Source of the DNA: Alkalilimnicola ehrlichii MLHE-1
GTDB taxonomy: Bacteria > Pseudomonadota > Gammaproteobacteria > Nitrococcales > Halorhodospiraceae
Assembly (NCBI RefSeq): GCF_000014785.1
Contig: NC_008340.1
Span: 2,250,001-2,282,000 of the forward strand
Reading direction: 5' to 3'
Length of the DNA: 32,000 nt
Below the pieces are notes generated by a model, which did no database searches, had not been told where the DNA came from, and saw only the letters and a list, made by a program, of their open reading frames with translations. The translations under genes were made by a program, and so were the position numbers. Position 1 is the first letter of the stretch; every line of letters starts with the position of its first letter. Below, one piece after another: positions 20,113 through 27,973 of this stretch.

Positions 20113-22287
20113 TCAGCTCTTGGCCGGCGCAGGCTCTGGTTGCCTCACATCCGGGCTGCTGACCGCATCCTCGTCGTAGAGGATCTCGATCTCCTTCTTC
20201 GGCACGGTGCTCATCTCCATCTTGTAGCAAAGGAACCACATCATGAACACGCCGAACAGCCAGCACAGGATCTGGTAGACGTAGATGGACGGGAAGCCGA
20301 ACACCCACCAGGTCGACGGATCACTCGGGTTACCGAACAGGTAGGTCCCGATGATGTTGCCCGGGCCGATGGCGAAGATGTAGTACACCGCAACGATGCC
20401 CCAGGCCACCGGGATGAGCCGGCGCTTATCCTGCGGCACCCCGGCGTGCTCCCGCAGCCACTTGTGGAACGTCTCCTTGTGTTCCATCTCGCGGGCATCC
20501 TGGGTGAACGCCGACACCGCAATGGCCACACCCATGTTCAGCACAATACCCCAACCACCGGAGTGGATGGTGAGCGGCCAACGGCCCCAGGGCAGATCCA
20601 GCCCCAGCGTGCTGGCCAGTGCCAGGCCCATGTTATCGGTGAACAGCACGGCCAGGATACCGACGATCAGGCCAGCCACCACGCCCTGCCGGGTCAGCCA
20701 CGACCAGTAGCAGACCGCGATCAGCGGCACCCACATCTGCAGGCCCAGTGCCACCGCGGTACCGCCCAGCAACACCAAGGCGTCCGTGGTGAAGGTCGCC
20801 ACCATCAACGCCGCAAACACCAGGATGACCACGACGATGCGACCCACTTGCTTCTGAACGTTGTGACTGACATTGGGGTTGATGAACCGCCGGAGCACAT
20901 CGCGGGTATAGATCCCGGATGTCGTGGACATGTAGGCCGCACCCGTGGACTGGAACGCACCCAGCGCACAAACCGCCAGCAGACCCACAAACCAGGGGGC
21001 CACCCCCTCCAACAGGCCCATCAGCTGCGGCACCAGGCCGGTGTCACCACCACCCTCGCGGCGCAGGTCCACCCAACCGGCCACTTCACGCGGGTCCTCC
21101 CCGGCACGCAGGGCCACCAGACCGTCATCGATCATCTGGTTGACCTCGCCGCGGCTCAACTCCGGGTTGAAGGTCGCGATCAGGCCACGCTGCAGCACCA
21201 CATCCTCCCGGCTGTCGTACAGATCCCGGTACTGCCCCAGGGTCTCCTCATAGGCCGGGTTGTGGACGTCGCGGGCCAGGTCCGTGTTGGCCCCCAGGCC
21301 GTGACCGGCCATGGCCTGCACCGCCAGCAGCACCACGATCACCGCACCGGAGATCAGGGCCGAGGCCCAGGTCTGCTGCGGGGCGAACGGCCGCGGGTCC
21401 TTGTTGGAGAAGGCCCACATGGTGAAGGAGGGCGAGGCCATGATGCCGGCCATGCTCATCATGTAGCTGAGCACCATCACCGAGGTCCAGGCACCACCGG
21501 TCGCATCCCCGACGTTGCTGACCCACTGGATCACCCCGGGTGTCGCCACGTAGCCGCTGTGCCCAGCCGGCGTAAGCCCCGGTCGACCAGCCTCCTGCCC
21601 ACCGGTGATCAGGTCCCACTGGCTCGCCGCGGCGATCGCCCGTGACAGCTCGCCGATGGAGCCCATGTAGTTGATGGCCACGAAGCTGATCGCGGTCATG
21701 CCGAACAGCAGCAGGACACACTGCATGGCGTCCACGTAGGCCACCGCCCGAAGACCGCCGGAGGCGACGTAGAACAACACGATGGCAGAGAGCGCCCACA
21801 TCCCCACGTTGGTGCCCAGGGCACCGTCAGTGAGGATGTTGAACAGGAACCCGGAGGCCCGCAGTTGGATACCCAGATAGGGAATCGCGAAGATGGTGGC
21901 GACGATGACCACCAGCCAAATGATGGCATTGCTGCGGAAGTAGGTCCCGTACATCTCTCCCGGCGTGACGAACCCCCAGCGGCGCCCGATCATCCACTGC
22001 CGCTTGAGGAACAACATACCGGAGATGGGGATGCCGATGGCGTACAGCCCAATGAAACCGTACTGCAGCCCGGTCATGTAAAGCAGGCCGGGGTGACCGA
22101 CAAAGGTCCACCCCGACCAGGATGTGGCGGTGGCTGCGAGTATGAACACCCACATGGGCACCGACCGCCCGGAAATGAAATAATCACTGGCGGTTTTCGT
22201 CGCCAGGGCACCCTTGATGCCCCAGAAGATACAGTACCCCCAATAGAGGCCGACGAAAACCAAAAGCCATATGGCCTTGGGTTCCAT
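20113..22287 (-). CDS. sodium:solute symporter family (SSF/SLC5) transporter, atypically long (724 aa)
   Basis: The SSF N-terminal signature is SDYFISGRSVPMWVFILAATATSWSGWTFVGHPGLLY. I count about 14-15 hydrophobic helices by eye. A roughly 90-residue hydrophilic insertion lies at about residues 333-425, and there is an acidic C-terminal tail. GGAGGGGAG lies before the ATG at 22287. Confidence 0.9.
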   Translation of the reverse strand: MEPKAIWLLVFVGLYWGYCIFWGIKGALATKTASDYFISGRSVPMWVFILAATATSWSGWTFVGHPGLLYMTGLQYGFIGLYAIGIPISGMLFLKRQWMIGRRWGFVTPGEMYGTYFRSNAIIWLVVIVATIFAIPYLGIQLRASGFLFNILTDGALGTNVGMWALSAIVLFYVASGGLRAVAYVDAMQCVLLLFGMTAISFVAINYMGSIGELSRAIAAASQWDLITGGQEAGRPGLTPAGHSGYVATPGVIQWVSNVGDATGGAWTSVMVLSYMMSMAGIMASPSFTMWAFSNKDPRPFAPQQTWASALISGAVIVVLLAVQAMAGHGLGANTDLARDVHNPAYEETLGQYRDLYDSREDVVLQRGLIATFNPELSRGEVNQMIDDGLVALRAGEDPREVAGWVDLRREGGGDTGLVPQLMGLLEGVAPWFVGLLAVCALGAFQSTGAAYMSTTSGIYTRDVLRRFINPNVSHNVQKQVGRIVVVILVFAALMVATFTTDALVLLGGTAVALGLQMWVPLIAVCYWSWLTRQGVVAGLIVGILAVLFTDNMGLALASTLGLDLPWGRWPLTIHSGGWGIVLNMGVAIAVSAFTQDAREMEHKETFHKWLREHAGVPQDKRRLIPVAWGIVAVYYIFAIGPGNIIGTYLFGNPSDPSTWWVFGFPSIYVYQILCWLFGVFMMWFLCYKMEMSTVPKKEIEILYDEDAVSSPDVRQPEPAPAKS

Positions 22288-22691
22288 TACTTCTCCCCTC
22301 CATCATATATTCAACTTATTTATACTGCAGAGCAGCACTGTCCCGAACTCGAAATGACGAGAAAACCGGTTCCAGCCCACTCTGCTCCGGATTCTAGTCT
22401 AGCGAATGGAGTTTTCCAACATCCTGTTTTTGCGTAGATTTTTTACTTTTTTGCGACTTCACTCCACTTTATTAGCACCACTCCAAAAAAACTTTAACGA
22501 TCCTCTAAACGAAGGGGAAAAATACCCGAGGACCCCTTATTTTTTGCCCACACAAAAAGAAAAAAAGGGGATTAAACACTTGGGCCACAGGCACTTTTTT
22601 GTCAGTCTACATTCATCGCGAAAGCGGCTATCTTTGACGGCACACCACGATGGATCCCGATCCTTAAGCAGATCCAGAGGACTGACATCAC
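22288..22691. promoter_or_regulatory. 404-bp AT-rich divergent control region (symporter operon <-> DUF294/exonuclease operon)
   Basis: By my count 22441-22500 has 20 G/C of 60 nt and 22501-22560 has 26 of 60, against roughly two-thirds G+C in flanking genes. There are many A/T tracts of 5 nt or more. CACTCCA occurs as a direct repeat at 22460-22466 and 22479-22485. An imperfect inverted repeat CCCCTTATTTTTT (22533-22545) / AAAAAAAGGGG (22560-22570) is also present. Confidence 0.6.
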
Positions 22692-24560
22692 ATGGAGATC
22701 GAACGCCTGGCCTCGGCAGAGGCCTTCGGTGCCGTGGACAACGAAGCCTTGGGCGCCCTGCTGGCTCACGGCACCGAACACCGCCTAGAGGATGACGAGG
22801 TCATCTTCCGCATCGGGGAGCCGGATAAGAATATCCTGTACATTGTCTACGACGGTCGCGTCACCCTGACCGGCACCGACGGGAGTAGCACCCTGTACGA
22901 GGCCGTGGCGCTGCTCGGTCTCTCCAGCTACTTCGACGACGAGCCCTACTCCCTGACCGCCCGGGCCGCGGGGCCCTGCCAGCTCATCGAGGTACCGTTC
23001 AGCGCTGTACGGTGCCTGGAGCGGGAGCACCCTGCCCTCGCCGACGCCTTGAGTCACATCATTGCCGACCGCATCCGCGCCGGGACCGCCCAGTGGCGCA
23101 CCGGGGCGGTGGGCGCCCTTTCACAGCCCGTCCGCTGGGCCATGACCGCGCCCCTGGTCTGCCTGCCAGGTGGCGCCAGCCTGACTGAGGCGTACCAGCT
23201 CATGGCCGCCCGCGGCATCGGCAGCCTGGGGGTGGTGGACGGGCAGGACCGGCTGATCGGGCTGGCCACCATCAAATCCCTCGCCCACCGGCTGCTCATC
23301 GAACGCCAGAGCCCGGATGCGCAGCTGTCCACCGCCGCCATGCCGGCCAGGCGCATTTCGCCGGATGCCGCCCTGTGGCAGGCGGAGGAGATCCAGGCAC
23401 GGGAGGCGCTGAAGTACCTGGTGGTGGCGGAAAACGACCGCCCCCTGGGCATGCTCTCGCAGAGCAACCTCATCGAGACCATCCGCGCCCACCAGACCCT
23501 GTTGCGTGACCGGGTGGAGCGTACGGGCACCCTGGCCGACCTGCAGGCCCTCGCCGCCGAGTTACCCAGCGTCGCCCGCCAGGCGCGTGAGGCCAACCGC
23601 GAGGCCAGCCGGGCGGTAACCCAGCTCAGTGAATTCCACCTGCAGCTCCAGCGACGCTGCGTCGAGATACTCCTCACGGAGTTGGCATCGGAAGGTCTCG
23701 GCCCCCCGCCCCGGCGCTATGCCCTGCTGGTCATGGGATCGCTGGCCCGGCGGGAGTCGCTGCTCAATCCGGATCAGGACAACGCCCTGATCATCGCCGA
23801 TAACCGGCCTGGCGAGACGGAGCCGAGCCCCCTCGACGACCGCGAGCGGCGTTGGTTCGACACCTTTGCTGATCGCCTGAATCACCGGCTGGACGCCCTG
23901 GGCTACGACTGGTGCCAGGGTCACATCATGGCCCGCACGCCGGTATGGCACCGTCAACTAGGTCAGTGGCGGCAATGGGTCATGACGGCGACACGACACC
24001 CGAACGGAGACCGGGCCCGCTGGGCCAATATCTTCCTGGACTTTGAACTGCTGCAGGGCGATGCCGGCCTGGTGGATGCGCTCTGGCGGGCGGTTCTGGA
24101 GGCCTTTGCGCAGCACCGAAAGCTGCTGCGGTTCATGGCCGCCGACGATGCCGAGGGCACACCGGCGCTCGGGCTGTTCAACCGGTTGGTCACCTCCGAG
24201 CGCGAAGAGGCCCGGGGTCGGGTCGATATCAAACGCAACGGCATGCGCATCCTGGCCAATGGCTGCCGCATTTACGCCCTTGGCCACCAGGTGCGGGCGA
24301 CCGGCACCCTGGCCCGCTTGCAGGCCCTGCGCCACCAAGGCGTGCTCACGCCGGACAAGGTGGATTCGTTGGTGGCCGCCCAGGAGGCCCTGCTGGGCCT
24401 GCTACTGGACCACCAGCTTCGGCAGTGGGGCGAGGGCCGGCGCCCGGACAAGTACATCGCCCCGGACGCGCTGGACGAGATGCAGCGCCAGGCGTTGGTC
24501 ACCAGCCTGCGCGCCATTCGCCGGTTCCAGGACCGGGTGCAAGGCGTCTTCGGCCTTTAG
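22692..24560 (+). CDS. cNMP-binding-like + tandem CBS + DUF294-type nucleotidyltransferase + DUF294 C-terminal domain protein (COG2905 architecture)
   Basis: 622 aa.
- Residues 1-125 form a cNMP-fold domain (EVIFRIGEPDKNILYIVYDGRVTL...LTARAAG).
- Residues ~145-265 form two CBS motifs.
- The pol-beta NTase signature LLVMGSLARRESLLNPDQDNALI has G349-S350 and D361-x-D363.
- Residues ~440-620 form a helical C-terminal domain. Confidence 0.85.
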   Translation: MEIERLASAEAFGAVDNEALGALLAHGTEHRLEDDEVIFRIGEPDKNILYIVYDGRVTLTGTDGSSTLYEAVALLGLSSYFDDEPYSLTARAAGPCQLIEVPFSAVRCLEREHPALADALSHIIADRIRAGTAQWRTGAVGALSQPVRWAMTAPLVCLPGGASLTEAYQLMAARGIGSLGVVDGQDRLIGLATIKSLAHRLLIERQSPDAQLSTAAMPARRISPDAALWQAEEIQAREALKYLVVAENDRPLGMLSQSNLIETIRAHQTLLRDRVERTGTLADLQALAAELPSVARQAREANREASRAVTQLSEFHLQLQRRCVEILLTELASEGLGPPPRRYALLVMGSLARRESLLNPDQDNALIIADNRPGETEPSPLDDRERRWFDTFADRLNHRLDALGYDWCQGHIMARTPVWHRQLGQWRQWVMTATRHPNGDRARWANIFLDFELLQGDAGLVDALWRAVLEAFAQHRKLLRFMAADDAEGTPALGLFNRLVTSEREEARGRVDIKRNGMRILANGCRIYALGHQVRATGTLARLQALRHQGVLTPDKVDSLVAAQEALLGLLLDHQLRQWGEGRRPDKYIAPDALDEMQRQALVTSLRAIRRFQDRVQGVFGL

Positions 24561-24574
24561 CGGGGTGCTGACTG

Positions 24575-25702
24575 ATGCCTGACGTGACCCAGTCGCCCCG
24601 GAACGGAGACCACCGGTGCGCCCCGGAGCCCGAGCGTCAGCTGATCGCGGTTCGGCTGGAGGCGGCCCGCCGGCCGCGGGGGGCGGGGGACCCAACGCAG
24701 ATCACCGCGGCACAGCAGCGGCTGGTGGCACAGCTCCGGGCCCGGGGCCTGCCCGCGGGTCGCATACAGCGCCGGCTTACCACCCTGAACAATACAGTCA
24801 TCCGCCGGCTCGCCCGACAGGCGGTGGCCGTGGCGCTCCGGCGTGGCGCCGGACCGCCGCCGGTGCGCTTCTGTCTGCTGGTGATGGGCTCAGGCGCCCG
24901 TGACGAGCACTTCCTGGGGCCGGACCAGGACCATGGCATGGTCCTGGCGGACTACCCCGACCGGGATCATGACGCGGTCGATGCCTGGTTCCGCTGCTAC
25001 AGCAGCCACCTGGTGGAGCGCCTGGAGGCCGCCGGCTTTCCCCGTGATACCGGCGACGTCATGTGCACCAACCCGCTCTGGCGCAAAACGCTGGGGCAGT
25101 GGACGCAGCAGATCACCACCTGGGCGCGGCGGGCCGATACCGTCAGCCTCTGCCTCGCCGACGTACTGCTGGACTGCCGCCCCCTGTTTGGGGCCCCGGC
25201 GCTGGCCCGCGCCCTGCGCACAGCGCTGACCCGGCAATTGGCCACAGCAGCGTTCCTGAAGGCCACGGTCATGGCCCATGGCGACCGCGGTGTCGGACTG
25301 GGGTGGTTCAACCGCTTTGTCACTATGGGCCGGTCCGATCCCCACCGGGGCTGCATCAACCTCAAGCACACGGCCCTGCTCCCCTTCATCACCGCCGCAC
25401 GGCAGTTGGCCCTTTACCACCGTGTCCCGGCGCTCAGCACCCGGGGGCGCTTACGGGGCCTCCACCGTCGGGGGGCGCTCACCGAGGCCGACCACCAAGC
25501 CCTGCAGACAGCCATGGACACCCTGGCGGACCAAGTCCTGCGCCACCAGCTCCGGCAACTGCACGAAGGGCAGACAGCGGACTATTTCCTCGACCCGACG
25601 GCCCTGCCGGCGGAGGAGCGGCAAGCCTTGAAAGAGGCCCTGAAGCGAATTCGCCGCTTGCGCGACCAGGCGCGCAATGACATCACCGGACAGATCTTCT
25701 GA
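24575..25702 (+). CDS. DUF294-type nucleotidyltransferase paralogue lacking the sensor domains
   Basis: 375 aa, starting 14 nt after the upstream stop. GAGPPPVRFCLLVMGSGARDEHFLGPDQDHGMVLAD aligns with GLGPPPRRYALLVMGSLARRESLLNPDQDNALIIAD of the upstream gene. The C-terminal halves are also alignable (LGWFNRFVT.../LGLFNRLVT...; ...HQLRQLHEG/...HQLRQWGEG). Confidence 0.8.
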   Translation: MPDVTQSPRNGDHRCAPEPERQLIAVRLEAARRPRGAGDPTQITAAQQRLVAQLRARGLPAGRIQRRLTTLNNTVIRRLARQAVAVALRRGAGPPPVRFCLLVMGSGARDEHFLGPDQDHGMVLADYPDRDHDAVDAWFRCYSSHLVERLEAAGFPRDTGDVMCTNPLWRKTLGQWTQQITTWARRADTVSLCLADVLLDCRPLFGAPALARALRTALTRQLATAAFLKATVMAHGDRGVGLGWFNRFVTMGRSDPHRGCINLKHTALLPFITAARQLALYHRVPALSTRGRLRGLHRRGALTEADHQALQTAMDTLADQVLRHQLRQLHEGQTADYFLDPTALPAEERQALKEALKRIRRLRDQARNDITGQIF

Positions 25703-25717
25703 GGAGGCACGAAGACC

Positions 25718-27907
25718 ATGTCTGTCTCTGATCATAGTGAACACTGGGTGGAGCGGATCAGCCGGGGTCTGCTCGGCCGGCACGCCACGCCTACCGGCCA
25801 CACCAGCCGCCGACTGCTGTTCTGGGCGCCGGCAATGGGGCTGGCTGTTCTGCTGACAGGGCTGTTGCTCGGCCTCGCCTATCTCTCCCTCTCCGCGCTG
25901 CCCGCCGGCGCCGACCCAACACCGCTGGTGGTCGCCTTCGGCGCTGCGGGGCTGCTCCTGCTGGCGGCGATCACGGCCATCTGGCTGTTGCTGGATGCCA
26001 CCGTGCTGCGCTCCCTGTCCGCGCTGGCCCGCGATGCGGCCATACTGGCCTACACCAACCCCGATCACCGGCTTCAGCTGCCGTCGGTGCACCTGCTCGG
26101 CGAGTTGCCCGGGACGCTGCGCAACCTCGCCCGCCAGTTGCAGGTCCGGCGCCGGGAGGTAGAGGCCGCCGCGGCCACGGCCGCCGAACAGGCCGAGGCG
26201 CAGAAGGCGCGGCTGGAGGTGGTGCTGCGCGCCATCCGGCAGGGGGTCGTGGTCTGTGATGCCGACGGACGGATCCTGCTCTACAACCCCGCCGCCGGTG
26301 AGCTGCTCCACAGCGACGCCCTGGGGCTTGGCCGCTCCATCCATGAACTGTTGAACCCAGCCGCCGTTGAGCACCCCCGACAACTGCTGCAACACCGACT
26401 GCGCCAGGATTCGGACGACCCGGTCATGGACGAGGGGGTGGAGTTCGTCTGTACCACGGTCGATGACGGCGCCCTGCTCCGCTGCCAGATGAGTCTGCTG
26501 CCGACCCACGGCCCGCTGCGCTCGGCCTTCGTCATCACCCTGGAGGACATCACCCGCCGGATCGAAGGCGTGGCCCGCCGTGACCAAGCCCTGCGCAGCG
26601 CCGTGGAGGCCCTGCGCTCGCCCCTGGCCGCGGTGTCGGTGGCGGCGGAGCTGCTCAACGAGTACCCGCAGATCGACGATGCCCGCCGACGCCGGTTCAT
26701 CGACATCCTGGCCAAAGAGAGCCACGTGCTGGTCCAGCGCTTCGAACAAATCGCGGAGGCCACTCAGGAGAACGTCTCCGCCCCCTGGACCATGGCCGAT
26801 ATCAGCAGCGACGATTTGGTGGACAGCGTGTTGCTGCGCCACCGCGACACCCTGCCCCGCGTGGCGCTGGCTGGCCTGCCCCTATGGCTCCATGCGGAGA
26901 GCCACGCCATCGGACTCGTGCTCACCCATCTGTTGCACCGTCTGGGACGGGACCACGGCGTCCTGGCCGTGCGCATCGAGGCGCTGATGGGCAACCGCCG
27001 GGTGTACCTGGACATCTCCTGGGCGGGCGAGCCGGTGCCGGGCCCCACCCTAGAGCAGTGGCTTGAGACCCCGTTGCCGGAGGCCATAGGGGAATTGAAC
27101 GCCCGCGCCGTGCTCGAGCGGCACAACAGCCTGGCCTGGAGTCAACGGGACCGGCGAACGCCGGGGTGGGCGTGCCTGCGCATCCCGTTGCCTGCCTCCA
27201 GCCGGCAATGGAACCCGCCCGGGGAGAGCCTCCCCCCGCGCCCGGAATTCTATGACTTCTCTCTCATCGACCAGGCCGCGGACCAGGGCGCTCTCCTCGA
27301 CCGGCCCCTGGACGCGTTGAACTACGTGGTGTTCGACACCGAGACCACCGGCCTGTCTCCAGCGGAGGGTGACGAGATCGTCTCCATCGCCGGGGTGCGA
27401 ATGGTCAATGGCCGCCTCCTGGACGGCGAGCGCTTCGAGCAACTGGTCAACCCCGGCCGGACCATCCCCCGCAGCTCGATCCTGTTCCACGGCATTCACG
27501 ATACGACGGTCGCGGATAAGCCCCGCATCGAAACGGTACTGCCGCGATTCCACACCTTCGTCGGCGACTCAGTGCTGGTCGCCCACAACGCCGCCTTCGA
27601 CATGAAGTTCATCCGACTGAAGGAGCGGCGCTGCGGCGTGCGCTTCGACAACCCGGTTCTGGACACGCTGCTGCTCTCGGTCTTTCTCCACGACCACACC
27701 GCGGACCACACCCTCGAGGCCATCGCCGCTCGGCTTGGGGTGGAGGTGACCGCGCAGCACACCGCCTGGGGCGATGCCCTGGTCACGGCACGGGTCTTCG
27801 CCTGCCTGTTACCGCTACTGCGCGAACGGGGGGTCCACACGCTAAGGGACGCGGTGGCGGCATCAGAGCGGATGGTGGAGGTACGCCGGCAACAGGCGCA
27901 GTTCTGA
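25718..27907 (+). CDS. membrane sensor (2 TM, HAMP-like, PAS, degenerate HisKA/HATPase) fused to a DEDDh 3'-5' exonuclease domain
   Basis: 729 aa, starting 15 nt after the upstream stop, with GAGGAGG 10 nt upstream.
- TM helices at about residues 34-58 and 68-92, then a coiled-coil.
- PAS domain ([30 protein letters not shown]).
- DHp-like helix [12 protein letters not shown], with Glu297 where the phospho-acceptor His would be.
- The N, G1 and G2 boxes are degenerate.
- Exonuclease motifs [22 protein letters not shown] and HTAWGD lie within residues ~534-705. Confidence 0.85.
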   Translation: MSVSDHSEHWVERISRGLLGRHATPTGHTSRRLLFWAPAMGLAVLLTGLLLGLAYLSLSALPAGADPTPLVVAFGAAGLLLLAAITAIWLLLDATVLRSLSALARDAAILAYTNPDHRLQLPSVHLLGELPGTLRNLARQLQVRRREVEAAAATAAEQAEAQKARLEVVLRAIRQGVVVCDADGRILLYNPAAGELLHSDALGLGRSIHELLNPAAVEHPRQLLQHRLRQDSDDPVMDEGVEFVCTTVDDGALLRCQMSLLPTHGPLRSAFVITLEDITRRIEGVARRDQALRSAVEALRSPLAAVSVAAELLNEYPQIDDARRRRFIDILAKESHVLVQRFEQIAEATQENVSAPWTMADISSDDLVDSVLLRHRDTLPRVALAGLPLWLHAESHAIGLVLTHLLHRLGRDHGVLAVRIEALMGNRRVYLDISWAGEPVPGPTLEQWLETPLPEAIGELNARAVLERHNSLAWSQRDRRTPGWACLRIPLPASSRQWNPPGESLPPRPEFYDFSLIDQAADQGALLDRPLDALNYVVFDTETTGLSPAEGDEIVSIAGVRMVNGRLLDGERFEQLVNPGRTIPRSSILFHGIHDTTVADKPRIETVLPRFHTFVGDSVLVAHNAAFDMKFIRLKERRCGVRFDNPVLDTLLLSVFLHDHTADHTLEAIAARLGVEVTAQHTAWGDALVTARVFACLLPLLRERGVHTLRDAVAASERMVEVRRQQAQF

Positions 27908-27927
27908 AAGGAGGCGGGGGGCAAGCC

Positions 27928-27956
27928 GGTGCGGGGCGACCCATGCGCCCCGCACC
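27928..27956. terminator. 11-bp GC-rich hairpin between the convergent exonuclease-fusion gene and htpG
   Basis: GGTGCGGGGCG (27928-27938) pairs perfectly with CGCCCCGCACC (27946-27956) around a 7-nt loop. No clear U-tract on either strand, so function as an intrinsic terminator is uncertain. Confidence 0.45.
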
Positions 27957-27973
27957 CCGGTGTTGCTGACGGA

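Noticed and set aside
22589-22604. AGGCAC-TTTTTT-GTCA, superficially like a sigma-54 -24/-12 element upstream of the DUF294 operon.
   Set aside because: - The GG-N10-GC spacing is not satisfied, because the -12 position reads GT/TC rather than GC.
- No enhancer-binding protein gene is nearby.
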